Shown: positions 1 through 9,914 of the stretch, piece by piece
Position numbering within the stretch: position 1 is the stretch's first letter
Layout: each line of letters starts with the position of its first letter
From: Candidatus Poribacteria bacterium
GTDB taxonomy: Bacteria > Poribacteria > WGA-4E > WGA-3G
Direction of reading: 5' to 3'
DNA: 64,000 bases
Assembly: GCA_965197475.1 (NCBI GenBank)
Contig: CBDANF010000003.1
Location: forward strand, 4,000,001-4,064,000
Made by a program: the position numbers and the translations under genes
The notes under the pieces: model-generated
Told to the model about the DNA's origin: nothing
Database searches by the model: none
Seen by the model: only the letters and a program-made list of their open reading frames with translations

Positions 1-1382
1 AGGTATCATACCAAGAAAATGGAATTGTTTTATATATTTGGCGATCCGGCAAAATGCCAGCACTGAAGTTAGAAGACGGTATGCCCCATGTCAACGACAT
101 CGCAGCGCGGTTAAGTTATTCCTCAATTCCATCTTGGGATGATGTATACAAGTGGTATAAAAACCTCGCAAAAGGACGCTACGCGCCTGACCAGCACTTA
201 CAGGAAACTGTTGAAAAACTCACAGAAAATCTAACTACTGACGAGGCGATGATTCGGACTATTTACCATTATGTCGCAAAACACATCCGCTACGTTGGTA
301 TTGAACTTGGACAGAGCGCATATCAGCCTTCGCCTGCTGCCGAAGTTCTCAAAAAGCAATATGGAGATTGCAAGGATAAAACGACCCTTCTCATTTCAAT
401 GCTTGACCTTGTCGGTATAAAAGCGTATCCGGTTATGCTTAGCACCTCACCATATCAGAGAGTTGATACTGCTTTGCCATCCCTAAGTCAGTTTAACCAT
501 ATGATCGCCGCTATTCCTGCGGGTAATGACAACTATATATGGTTGGATGCAACATCCGAAACCTGTAGTTATGGTAATTTGCCCTATATTGACCAAGGGC
601 GAGTAGGATTTTTCATAGGCGATATGCGTGGCACTTTTGTTGATATACCTGTTTATCCGGCAGAGTCTAACAAACTCGTGTCAACAACGGAATTGTGGTT
701 AAGTAGAAAAGGGGATGTACATGGAGAAATTCGAATCCACATGACTGGTCAATACAACTTGGATGCTCGTTGGACATATAAGCAGATTCTCCCTACTGAA
801 TGGAAAAATACGCTTGCTGCAGAACTGAGCCAGCAAATTCCGAACATTCATGTGGATTCTGTCAACATCTCCGAGTTAGGCGATCTTGACTTACCGGTCG
901 AAATAGCACTCAAGTTCCATGTTGAAAATTATGCAATTCATTTAAATAAACAAATACTCCTGCCGTTGCCAATTGATGAGTTTGCGGACTATGCAGAAAT
1001 TGTTGCCGCATCAGAACGGACGTATCCACTTGACCTAAGTTATCCCATGAAACTTGAGAAAATAATTCAGATTCACTTGCCAGATGGATGGACTGCTGTG
1101 TTACCACCTGATTTTCAACAAACCACAAGTTTTGCAGCAATGGAAAGGCGGTACACCCAACATGGAGGCTTAGTTAGTTATTTCCTTAGTTTTACATTAA
1201 AACAACGGGCGATCCCTGTCAAGGCTTACGCAGATGCAAAACAATTATTTAATCGACTTGCAAGTGAGGACGGTAGCCGCTTACTACTGAATACGGGAAG
1301 TAGTAGTGCTTCCTCCTCAACCCATCGCAAAACTCTTGGTGATCGGAGTACAAATTTAGAGCAGTCCAAAACGAGAAAATAA
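1..1382 (+). CDS. Transglutaminase-like (DUF3857-associated) protein, 5' partial
   Basis: Frame is open from nt 3, so the gene begins upstream. Cys-His-Asp triad motifs GDCKDK, FNHMI and WLDAT, plus IRYVGIELG. Confidence 0.85.
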   Translation, partial: VSYQENGIVLYIWRSGKMPALKLEDGMPHVNDIAARLSYSSIPSWDDVYKWYKNLAKGRYAPDQHLQETVEKLTENLTTDEAMIRTIYHYVAKHIRYVGIELGQSAYQPSPAAEVLKKQYGDCKDKTTLLISMLDLVGIKAYPVMLSTSPYQRVDTALPSLSQFNHMIAAIPAGNDNYIWLDATSETCSYGNLPYIDQGRVGFFIGDMRGTFVDIPVYPAESNKLVSTTELWLSRKGDVHGEIRIHMTGQYNLDARWTYKQILPTEWKNTLAAELSQQIPNIHVDSVNISELGDLDLPVEIALKFHVENYAIHLNKQILLPLPIDEFADYAEIVAASERTYPLDLSYPMKLEKIIQIHLPDGWTAVLPPDFQQTTSFAAMERRYTQHGGLVSYFLSFTLKQRAIPVKAYADAKQLFNRLASEDGSRLLLNTGSSSASSSTHRKTLGDRSTNLEQSKTRK

Positions 1383-1506
1383 ATATTAAAGATGCATACG
1401 GCAATTCTATCACTGACGATGCCAGAAAGCATGTTGAATTCGGCAATCTTTTTATAACAAATCCAGAAATATGTTGATAATTACTTTCAAAAGAGGTGTC
1501 TATTTT

Positions 1507-3111
1507 ATGAGTGAAAACAAAAACCCTAATATAGTTCTTATTTTGAATGATGATATGGGCTTTTCAGACTTAGGGTGCTATGGCGGAGAAGTTCATACTC
1601 CGAATTTAGACCGACTCGCCGCGGGTGGACTTCGGTTCACACAGTTCTATAATACCGCAAGGTGTTGTCCTTCTCGTGCTTCAATGCTTACCGGCCTTCA
1701 CCCACATCAAACCGGTGTAGGGCACATGATGGGCGACGACGGCTTGGATGGTTATCGCGGCGACCTAAATGACCGCTGTATCACAATTGCAGATGCCGTC
1801 CGTTCAGAAGGCTACGGCACTTATATGAGCGGTAAATGGCATATTTCTCGACACACCGGTCCAGACGGTCCCAAACATAGTTGGCCGTGTCAACGTGGTT
1901 TTGATGAATACTATGGAATTATTACGGGTGCAGCCAACTTTTGGAAACCAAACACCTTAACACGAGATAACACGCGGCTTGATAGTGACGAACTTCCAGA
2001 AGGGTATTTCTTTACAGATGCCGTCAGTGATGAGGCGGTGAAATTTATTCAGAATCACCACGATAAGAAAGCTGATAGTCCGTTCTTCACTTACGCGGCA
2101 TATACGGCACCACACTGGCCCCTACATGCACACGAAGAGGACATCGCAGCATACAATGGACGTTTCGCTGCAGGATGGGATGAACTGCGAGAAGAGCGGT
2201 TATCACGGATGCGCGAGATGAAGATTTTGGATGAACCATGGCAACTGACTGCTCGTGATCCGTCACAACGACCGTGGAGTGAGGCACAATATAAGGAGTG
2301 GAACCAACGTCGAATGGAGGTCTATGCTGCCCAAATCACACGCATGGACGCAGGCATTGGACGAATCATTAACACGCTTGAAGAAACAGGACAATTAGAC
2401 AATACGCTGATCCTGTTTTTAGCCGATAACGGCGGTTGTGCGGAAGAACTCGGTGGTCCGCCCGCGAAACGTGATGGCGGTTCACTCATCAGCACGCAGA
2501 CTACCTCTGATGGAAAACCTGTTTATCGTGGTAACGATCCGAGCATTATGCCCGGGCCTGAAACTACCTATCAGAGTTATGGAGTTCCATGGGCAAATCT
2601 GTCTAATACACCGTTCCGTTTATACAAGCATTGGGTGCATGAGGGTGGAATCGCGACTCCGCTGATCGCCCACTGGCCCGATGCTATAAAATCGGCAGGT
2701 GAACTACGCCATCAACCAGGACAACTTCCTGATATGATGGCAACGTGCCTGGAGGTCTCCGGGGCAAGTTACCCTGAAGAACACGATGGTAAGCCGATTT
2801 TGCCTTTAGAAGGAACAAGTTTAGTCCCGATTTTTGATGATAAAGATAACGGTAAAGATGTCCTTCTTTGGGAACATGAAGGCAATTGTGCTGTGCGTCA
2901 AGGGGATTGGAAACTTGTTTGTAGATTCCCTGGAGATTGGGAACTCTATGATTTGCAAGCAGAACGCACAGAAATCGACAATATCGCTGACAAGCATCCG
3001 GAAAAGGTGAAGGAGTTGGATGGTCTGTATCAAGACTGGGCGAACCGCTGCTTTATCTATCCTTGGGATAAACTCGGAGAACATCGTAGGCAACGTCGGC
3101 AACAAAGATAG
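1507..3111 (+). CDS. Arylsulfatase (formylglycine-dependent)
   Basis: PNIVLILNDDMG, CCPSR (CxPxR), GKWH and GFDEYYG motifs. ATG 1507 follows an AGAGGT RBS. Confidence 0.95.
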   Translation: MSENKNPNIVLILNDDMGFSDLGCYGGEVHTPNLDRLAAGGLRFTQFYNTARCCPSRASMLTGLHPHQTGVGHMMGDDGLDGYRGDLNDRCITIADAVRSEGYGTYMSGKWHISRHTGPDGPKHSWPCQRGFDEYYGIITGAANFWKPNTLTRDNTRLDSDELPEGYFFTDAVSDEAVKFIQNHHDKKADSPFFTYAAYTAPHWPLHAHEEDIAAYNGRFAAGWDELREERLSRMREMKILDEPWQLTARDPSQRPWSEAQYKEWNQRRMEVYAAQITRMDAGIGRIINTLEETGQLDNTLILFLADNGGCAEELGGPPAKRDGGSLISTQTTSDGKPVYRGNDPSIMPGPETTYQSYGVPWANLSNTPFRLYKHWVHEGGIATPLIAHWPDAIKSAGELRHQPGQLPDMMATCLEVSGASYPEEHDGKPILPLEGTSLVPIFDDKDNGKDVLLWEHEGNCAVRQGDWKLVCRFPGDWELYDLQAERTEIDNIADKHPEKVKELDGLYQDWANRCFIYPWDKLGEHRRQRRQQR

Positions 3112-3297
3112 GATATTTGTGCAATAGCAAGTTTTGGAAACAACACAATCGGAAGAAACAGGTGGATATGAAAACGCAATAAGTAATTTTGGGCTTGAAA
3201 ACCCTTTAAAAAACGCCTGAAAATTAGTTTGAAAAAAGTGTCATGAACCCTTATATTTATTGATTTTTCTTAATTTCACTTGTCAAAAAATGGTATA

Positions 3298-3385
3298 ATA
3301 CCAAATTAACGGGATTAGTCTTTTTTTGGGGTAGACAGCGTGCTTACAAAGCGCGACTACAAGTTGAATCAAGTTAATTTGGTAT
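3298..3385. repeat. 88-bp MITE-like element nested in the cargo promoter region
   Basis: Terminal IR ATACCAAATTAAC (3298-3310) / GTTAATTTGGTAT (3373-3385). Internal core GACAGCGTGCTTACAAAGCGCGACTAC is shared with 5293-5380 and 60922-60991. A similar end occurs at 28511-28532. Confidence 0.7.
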
Positions 3386-3400
3386 AAGAGGTAAAATCTT

Positions 3401-4112
3401 ATGAATTTTGCATTTGTATCTATGGAATATCAAGAGCTCGGATTCCCACTGAAAAATGAAAATGCGTTGGTGATATTAAATGAGGACAACCAACCTTCAT
3501 ACGTAGCACACGAGGGAGTGTTTAAACAACTTGGCAAATGGTTTCTACAGGGTTTGAAAGACGCAAAGAAATAATCAATAACCCTGAATACGCAGAATTA
3601 CTTAGTGACCCTAAATACAGGGATTTACATTTCCGACCTGACGCATGTGCAAAAATAATTAGCGGTTCTCAACATAGTAATCTACATTTAAACTACGAGT
3701 CATGGCAGGCGAGCACATCTTTTAGTGAAAACGTGGAATTATACAAGCCTATATCCGTTTCCCCATTTGAGAACCCTCAACAAAAATTAGTATTTGCCGA
3801 TATTACGGTATATGCTGGTGATATGTATAAACTAATCCCGGTAATTATGCAAGCAAAGAACCAGTCCGTAACAAATCTGCTCTCGTATGCATTAACGCAG
3901 AATCTAAAATCATTTTTGTCGCACAAGCCCGTAAATTTAGAAAAGTATCTCCCGAAGAACTTGTTTTGCATAAACTTCCCCAAACCGAAGATAACCTTGC
4001 ATATAAAACATACTCATTCACCAAAAATATTGAATTTGACCACCTTAATTGGTCATGGAGAATACCATCAAAAATGTATAACCCATTTCAAAAACCTAAA
4101 GTATGTCCTTAA
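3401..4112 (+). CDS. Hypothetical cargo protein (~237 aa, two similar halves), broken by two -1 frameshifts in A-runs
   Basis: ATG 3401 after GAGG. Adding one A at ~3536 and one at ~3855 joins three frames, ending TAA 4112 just inside the TIR. Halves resemble each other (PLKNENALVILNEDNQPSYVA vs PVRNKSALVCINAESKIIFVA). Confidence 0.6.
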
Positions 4113-4166
4113 AATCCAAGTCCAAAACTACTTATTGCGTATGAAAATATCCCTCCGTTTCTTTTG

Positions 4167-5264
4167 TTATGCACTGCATGCAAGCATTTTTAAGCAGACT
4201 GGGTTTGGCACTTCTGCAATATTACCTGTTTCAGTCAGTTTACCGGTATCCGCATCAACCGCAAACGTGGCAATCGAATTTGTTGATTGATTGGCAGCCA
4301 AAAGGAAAGTGCCGGCAGGATTCAAACCGAAGTTGCGTGGTGTTTGTCCTTGCGTCGATTCACAGTCAATGTAAGTAAGCATTCCAGTTTCTTCATCAAT
4401 TGAGCAGATGACTATACTATCATGCCCACGATTAGACCCGTATAGAAATTTTCCGGAAGGATGGACGTGAACATCAGCACAGTGGCTGGTACCATCAAAG
4501 TCTTCGGGTAGCGTTGAAATTGTTTGAATTTCAGTGAGTGTTCCCGTGCTTGCGTCATACTGAAATGCGGTGAAAGTAGAATCCAATTCATTAATCACAT
4601 ACACGTATTTACCGTTTGGATGAAAATCAAGGTGGCGTGGACCTGCACCCGGATGTACTTGAGCCCACGGCTGTGTGTTAGGAATGAGTTTTCCATCTTC
4701 CAGATTCAGCTGATAGATAAGGATTTTATCAAGTCCGAGGTCAGGTGCAAAGGCGAAACGATTGTCGGAATCAATCATAATAGCATGTGCATGGGGTTCA
4801 GATTGACGTCTCGGATTGACGCTGGAGCCGCTGTGTTGAACGAAATCAGATGCTTCACCGAGTCTTCCATCTTTCCCAATAGGTAACGCAGCAACACTTC
4901 CTCCACCGTAATTTGCCACAAGCAGATATTTGCCCGTAGCATCTACACTTACGTGACAAGGTGCTCCGCCACCCGTAGCTCGCTGGTTAAGGAAACTGAT
5001 CTCTCCCGTACTCCGATGGATGTAAAATGCTGTGACTGCCCCGCTTGCTTTACCATTAAATTCACCGATCTCATTTACTGAGTAAAGATAACGACCACTT
5101 GGATGAATATCCAAAAACGAAGGATTTTCTACGCCTGTTATCTTACTGGAATATTCTAATGCACCGGTCTCACTATCTAAGCGATAGACGTAGATTCCTT
5201 CGCTATCTCCATGTGTATAGGTGCCAATGTATACATAATAGTCTTGATTTTTTTCTTGAGCCAT
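4167..5264 (-). CDS. pgl: 6-phosphogluconolactonase (beta-propeller lactonase family)
   Basis: VYIGTYT, NPSFL, ANYGGG, HAH, GAGPRH, SNRGHDS and TPRNF motifs. Confidence 0.9.
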   Translation of the reverse strand: MAQEKNQDYYVYIGTYTHGDSEGIYVYRLDSETGALEYSSKITGVENPSFLDIHPSGRYLYSVNEIGEFNGKASGAVTAFYIHRSTGEISFLNQRATGGGAPCHVSVDATGKYLLVANYGGGSVAALPIGKDGRLGEASDFVQHSGSSVNPRRQSEPHAHAIMIDSDNRFAFAPDLGLDKILIYQLNLEDGKLIPNTQPWAQVHPGAGPRHLDFHPNGKYVYVINELDSTFTAFQYDASTGTLTEIQTISTLPEDFDGTSHCADVHVHPSGKFLYGSNRGHDSIVICSIDEETGMLTYIDCESTQGQTPRNFGLNPAGTFLLAANQSTNSIATFAVDADTGKLTETGNIAEVPNPVCLKMLACSA

Positions 5265-5292
5265 TGTTAATCTTCTCCTTATTGGGTAGCAC

Positions 5293-5380
5293 TATGGTAA
5301 ACTATAATTACTTAACACGATTGACAGCGCGCTTACAAAGCTCGCCTACAAGGAATTGTATATGTTTTAGATTTACTATA
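5293..5380. repeat. MITE/REP-like element
   Basis: Imperfect IR ends TATGGTAAA / TTTACTATA around the core GACAGCGCGCTTACAAAGCTCGCCTAC. Confidence 0.65.
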
Positions 5381-5387
5381 ATTCTAT

Positions 5388-7022
5388 TTATGAAACTGTG
5401 ACGTTTAAGGATTTCTCATCACTCTCTTTGTACCCTATCCGAATTGCTTTTGCCCGCACGGTTGTTTGACCTTTCGGCAAACGCAAAGGCTCGGTATACA
5501 ACTGCCATTGAACGTCTTCACCCTGTTCTGTTGTATACGCAATTGATGCGCCTTGCGTAGAACAGTGGAGTTGCAAAAGCAGAGGTGCTTCCCACTTGCC
5601 AGCCTCATTAGCAGGCTCCCTACCGGGATGAGATGTGTTAATTGGAATAAAGATTGGGGACGCTGTTTGTGGTTGCACCCCGTTAGGGTACCACTTTGCC
5701 ACCATCTGTTCTTCAGATATATCTCCCATATCCCCAAATTCAGATTGCCACTGCGCCAACGCTCCACGCATCCGCTCAAGCACATTTGCATGTGCTGCAT
5801 TCTGCGCCAAGTTATTAAGTTCAAATTTGTCATTTTCAACATCATAGAGCTCTTCTGTTGGACGTGGTGATTGGAACATGACCAATTGGTCTCCCTCTAA
5901 TTTGCCTTCAGCATACAGTCGCCACATCTCCTGCATCACAGGGTGTCGGTTTCGGTAAGGAACCCAGAGAAGATACGGTTTTTCCGGATAGTAATTGCGG
6001 ATGTATTTATACTTTTTGTCGCGTACAGCACGTATCATGTCGTAGGATTCATCGTAACGGTCGCGCGTTGCGAAGATATAGTCACGTTCTTCTGTTTCTG
6101 GGCCGAGGAAGGTTTTTCCTTGAAGATGTTGCGGTGCTTGTACACCACATAACGACAGCACAGTTGGTCCGAGGTCAATCAAACTCACCAATTGATCACT
6201 TTCAGTTCCTGGACTAATTTGTCCGTGCCATCGTACAATCAACGGAATGCGTATCCCTGCATCGTAGGGCCATCGTTTTCCACGGGGGAGTCCTTCACCG
6301 TGGTCGCTCCAGAGAAAAACGATCGTATTTTCTGCGAGTCCATCTTCTTCCAACTGTCCTAACAACTTACCCACACGCGCATCGGCTGTGGCAAGGTTAT
6401 CATACTGTCGGGCGAGTGCGGCACGTGCTTTGGGGGTGTCTGGAAGATACGGCGGTAATTTCACATCATCTGGGTTAGTTTTCAAAGGTCTATCGTTTCG
6501 TTCCCACATACCGCTTTCATGCGTAACTGTAGGGTTAAAAACTGAAAAGAAGGACTGTCCTTCCTTGCGATTTCGCCAGTGTGCTTTATTACTGCTGTCA
6601 TCCCATGCAGTAACCGGTGGTGTAAACTGATAATCGGTTTTGCTATTGTTAGTGCAGTAGTAGCCAGTACCTCTCAAGTATTCCGTAAAGGTTTTGACGT
6701 AGGGTGGCGGAACAGCAGAATACGGCGTTGGCCTGTATGGCATATTGCGCGTATGCGTCGTTCGCATGTGGTGTGTTCCAATAGAGGTTTGATACATACC
6801 GGTGATGATAGCGGAACGACTGGGCGCACAGACACCCGCCGTTGAAAAGGCATTTGGAAACCGACATCCGCCAGCAGCGAGTCGGTCAATATTTGGGGTG
6901 CAAGCGATTGGGTCTCCATAGCAACCAAATCTGGGGGTTGTATCCTCTAAAGAGATCCAGAGAATATTCGGACGAAGATCTGAATACGGAATTTGATCGG
7001 TGATCAAGTTTGGTGGGGACAT
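5388..7022 (-). CDS. Sulfatase with C-terminal Fn3-associated/CHB_HEX_C-like domain
   Basis: PNILWISLED, CAPSR and SDHG motifs. C-terminal STQGASIAYT...LYTEPL...VRAKAIRIG beta domain. Confidence 0.92.
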   Translation of the reverse strand: MSPPNLITDQIPYSDLRPNILWISLEDTTPRFGCYGDPIACTPNIDRLAAGGCRFPNAFSTAGVCAPSRSAIITGMYQTSIGTHHMRTTHTRNMPYRPTPYSAVPPPYVKTFTEYLRGTGYYCTNNSKTDYQFTPPVTAWDDSSNKAHWRNRKEGQSFFSVFNPTVTHESGMWERNDRPLKTNPDDVKLPPYLPDTPKARAALARQYDNLATADARVGKLLGQLEEDGLAENTIVFLWSDHGEGLPRGKRWPYDAGIRIPLIVRWHGQISPGTESDQLVSLIDLGPTVLSLCGVQAPQHLQGKTFLGPETEERDYIFATRDRYDESYDMIRAVRDKKYKYIRNYYPEKPYLLWVPYRNRHPVMQEMWRLYAEGKLEGDQLVMFQSPRPTEELYDVENDKFELNNLAQNAAHANVLERMRGALAQWQSEFGDMGDISEEQMVAKWYPNGVQPQTASPIFIPINTSHPGREPANEAGKWEAPLLLQLHCSTQGASIAYTTEQGEDVQWQLYTEPLRLPKGQTTVRAKAIRIGYKESDEKSLNVTVS

Positions 7023-7177
7023 ATAATTTCCTTTTTCGAGAATGTGGAAGTTAATACAGAAAATATCTGGGAAACAGTAATACCAATATACTCTAATCAG
7101 AGATTTAAGTCAACCCTAATCGTTGAAACATCAAGGTATATTGAATTGTCATTGTCTCCTAAAGCTCTAATCAAGTA

Positions 7178-8014
7178 TTACGAGTTCCAACAACCCTCTG
7201 TATACGCCTCACGATCAAATAACTTCTGACGTTCCGGAGTGGCACGTTCTATCCATTCCGAAGGGATTTCTTGGGTGTAACGATGCGGCGGGCCCGCCTC
7301 TTTGAAGATGTCTATGTTGAAAATACGGTAAAGCTGCGGGGAATCCACAGACTTCGCTTCCACTCCGTGGAAGATGCGAGCGTCGATGTAGACCATACTT
7401 CCTGGCGGCAATTCAAGCCGTTTCTCTTCCAATGTGCGTCCAGCCTCTATGTCAAACTCGCCTGTGAGCATCCGATCCGGTGTTGCCTCTTTCGTCGGCG
7501 CGACCTTGTGGCTACCCGGTATAACTTTTAGATTCCGATCACCGCGTGTGAAGCCGTTCGGATAGTACAGTATCTGGATGTAGTAGTTATCACGTTCTGC
7601 AAGGTTGACCGGGTTCTCATGCTTCCAATGGTGATGGTCCTGATGAAATTGAATTGGCCCGATTCCACGGGGTGCGATGTTGAGTGCAGAGTGACAGAAG
7701 TGGTACGCGTCGCCGATGGTTGCCCGTATCAGTGCTGTAATAAAGGGATCGTCAATAAGTCTATCGCTATATTCACCGCGATCGTTCCATGGACGGATGA
7801 AATAGGCGCGCTCCTGTTCATCACCGTTATTCAATGTTTCAATATACTGACGCGTAGGTTCAAAACGTTGTGTTATTTCCTCAATTAAGCCTTCTCTTCC
7901 ATCGTCAGTGAAAACATCTGGGTAAGCGATGTACCCATCGTTATGAAATGAATCAATCTCTTCCTGTGAGGGGCCTGATAAGCGGAAGAGTGAATCAAGT
8001 TTGGTTGTTTCCAT
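7178..8014 (-). CDS. Phytanoyl-CoA dioxygenase (PhyH) family protein
   Basis: FHNDGY, HQD, VIPGSH and distal His (IFHG). Confidence 0.9.
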   Translation of the reverse strand: METTKLDSLFRLSGPSQEEIDSFHNDGYIAYPDVFTDDGREGLIEEITQRFEPTRQYIETLNNGDEQERAYFIRPWNDRGEYSDRLIDDPFITALIRATIGDAYHFCHSALNIAPRGIGPIQFHQDHHHWKHENPVNLAERDNYYIQILYYPNGFTRGDRNLKVIPGSHKVAPTKEATPDRMLTGEFDIEAGRTLEEKRLELPPGSMVYIDARIFHGVEAKSVDSPQLYRIFNIDIFKEAGPPHRYTQEIPSEWIERATPERQKLFDREAYTEGCWNS

Positions 8015-8147
8015 AGTGTTATTCCTATCATTATTGTGGAGCGCGGGTACGCCTGCTGATTTAGTTTGACGTATAATCTCTTTAAGAGTACAATTTTATT
8101 ATTCTTTGATAATATGTGCAATAAAAATTTCAGACTAACACGTAATT

Positions 8148-8384
8148 TTGATAGCAAGAGAAGAAACATTGCAAAATCTTGACCGCATAACGTTTGATCC
8201 AAATGTAATGGGTGGCAAAGCATGTATCCGAGGCATGCGGGTTACCGTCGGAACAGTTGTTGGATTGATTGCCTCTGGTTATTCCAATGCTGATATTCTG
8301 AATGCTTATCCCTATTTGGAAGAAGAAGATATCTGTCAATCTCTCTCCTATGCCGCATGGCGAGTTACGGACTCTACTCTTTAA
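8148..8384 (+). CDS. DUF433 family protein (putative antitoxin), no toxin downstream
   Basis: RITFDPNVMGGKACIRGMRVTV...YPYLEEEDI...YAA. The start may be TTG 8169. Confidence 0.88.
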   Translation: MIAREETLQNLDRITFDPNVMGGKACIRGMRVTVGTVVGLIASGYSNADILNAYPYLEEEDICQSLSYAAWRVTDSTL

Positions 8385-8403
8385 ATCTGAGGATTTGTAA
8401 CCT

Positions 8404-9876
8404 TTACATTCTGCTGTGACCTTCCTGTTTAAACCTGTCCAACAATACCGTTAATCGTTGCACAATTTCGGGACGACTTGACCACAGATTTTCAGTTTCA
8501 CCTGGGTCATCAAAAATATGATATAACTGCCCTGGAGTCCCTGGTTTAGGACCTCCATCGCGGGGTGGAGGCCATCCGCCCGATCCCTGTGTGCCTAAAA
8601 CCAATTTCCACTCGCCGTGCCGTATAGAAAAAACGCCGGTACTGGAATGATGTACAATAGCCTCTCGTAGCGGTTTTTCTGTCTCTTCACCTAACAGTGC
8701 GGACAAAATATTACAACTGTCCTGTCCAGCATCGTCGGGGACATCCGATCCTACGATCGCTGCAGATGTTGCCATCAGATCTGTTAAGCAGACCAATTCA
8801 TCCGTTGCCGTATTAGGTTGAATGACACCCGGCCAGCGCGCAATAAACGGTTCGCGATGTCCGCCTTCCCAGATGTGTGCTTTGTATCCGCGCCAGTCTC
8901 CGCAAGATTTGTGGTCATAGAGATTATATGGCATCGGACTGTTGCCACCCCGAATTCGGTCGCCAGGCAGTGCGCCGTTGTCGCTTGTAACAAAAATCAA
9001 AGTCTCGTCGGTTTTACCTGTACGATCTAACGCTTCCATTATTTCACCCACCATCCAATCTACTAACCAGACCAGATCGCCGCGCGGTCCAGCATCGCTC
9101 TGCCCGCGGGCAAATTCTGGCACAACCTCGACGACACACGGTTCATGCGGTGCCGAGGGTGTCAGATAAAGAAAGAACGGTTCATCCGAATCGGCTTGTG
9201 CGTCAATATATTCAACAGCCTTTTGTGCAATCATCGGGTCGGCATCTTTATGCTGCCAACTCGGGGCAGTCATCCCTGGTCGACCTGTAAAATCTGGCAC
9301 TCCACGGTATTCACTTGGAATTTCAACAAAAGCGTCATTTTCAATAAAACCGTAAGGGGGTTGGCACGTTGGGCAGCCTGAGGTGCCATAGAAATAGTCA
9401 AAACCGATATCAATTGGACCGCTTGTCAATGGTGCGTTGAAATTTATATGTTCCTCTAATTCTCGTTTGGCATTCCCCCAAGGCAGCGGCGCATCGAAAT
9501 CGTAATCGTATCCCGGTTTTGTCGAAAATCCGAGTCCTAAATGCCATTTACCGACACATGCGGTGTTGTAACCTGTATCTTTCAGCAAACCAGCAACTGT
9601 TAGTCTTTCTGATTCGATTAAAGGGGGTTCGTATCCGTAAAGCACACCACGTTTTAGACGACTCCGCCAGCAATATCTGCCTGTTAAGACACCATATCGC
9701 GTCGGCGTGCAAACAGCAGAAGGGGAATGTGCATCTGTGAAGCGAATTCCTTCCTGCGCAAGTTGATCCATATTAGGGGTGGGAATTTTTGAGTCCGGGT
9801 TATAGCATCCGACATCGCCATAGCCCATATCATCTGCCATAATAAATACAATATTCGGTAATTTTTGATTGTCCAT
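8404..9876 (-). CDS. Arylsulfatase
   Basis: PNIVFIMADDMG, CTPTR, GKWHLG, SDNG and WEGGHR motifs. Confidence 0.95.
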   Translation of the reverse strand: MDNQKLPNIVFIMADDMGYGDVGCYNPDSKIPTPNMDQLAQEGIRFTDAHSPSAVCTPTRYGVLTGRYCWRSRLKRGVLYGYEPPLIESERLTVAGLLKDTGYNTACVGKWHLGLGFSTKPGYDYDFDAPLPWGNAKRELEEHINFNAPLTSGPIDIGFDYFYGTSGCPTCQPPYGFIENDAFVEIPSEYRGVPDFTGRPGMTAPSWQHKDADPMIAQKAVEYIDAQADSDEPFFLYLTPSAPHEPCVVEVVPEFARGQSDAGPRGDLVWLVDWMVGEIMEALDRTGKTDETLIFVTSDNGALPGDRIRGGNSPMPYNLYDHKSCGDWRGYKAHIWEGGHREPFIARWPGVIQPNTATDELVCLTDLMATSAAIVGSDVPDDAGQDSCNILSALLGEETEKPLREAIVHHSSTGVFSIRHGEWKLVLGTQGSGGWPPPRDGGPKPGTPGQLYHIFDDPGETENLWSSRPEIVQRLTVLLDRFKQEGHSRM

Positions 9877-9914
9877 ATTATACACCAAGAGAGAATAGCA
9901 GTTACAAAATCCTC

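Larger units (their letters stand above)
3175..4139. mobile_element. Non-autonomous IS1595-related element (no transposase) carrying one cargo gene
   Basis: Ends CGCAATAAGTAATTTTGGGCTTG and CAAGTCCAAAACTACTTATTGCG are inverted repeats nearly identical to the TIRs at 21699/23994. Flanked by an 8-bp direct repeat TATGAAAA (3167-3174, 4140-4147). Confidence 0.9.

Noticed and set aside
3538-4290. 250-aa ORF as listed in the track
   Set aside because: It crosses the TIR/TSD and overlaps pgl antisense; better explained as the middle frame of the 3401-4112 gene.
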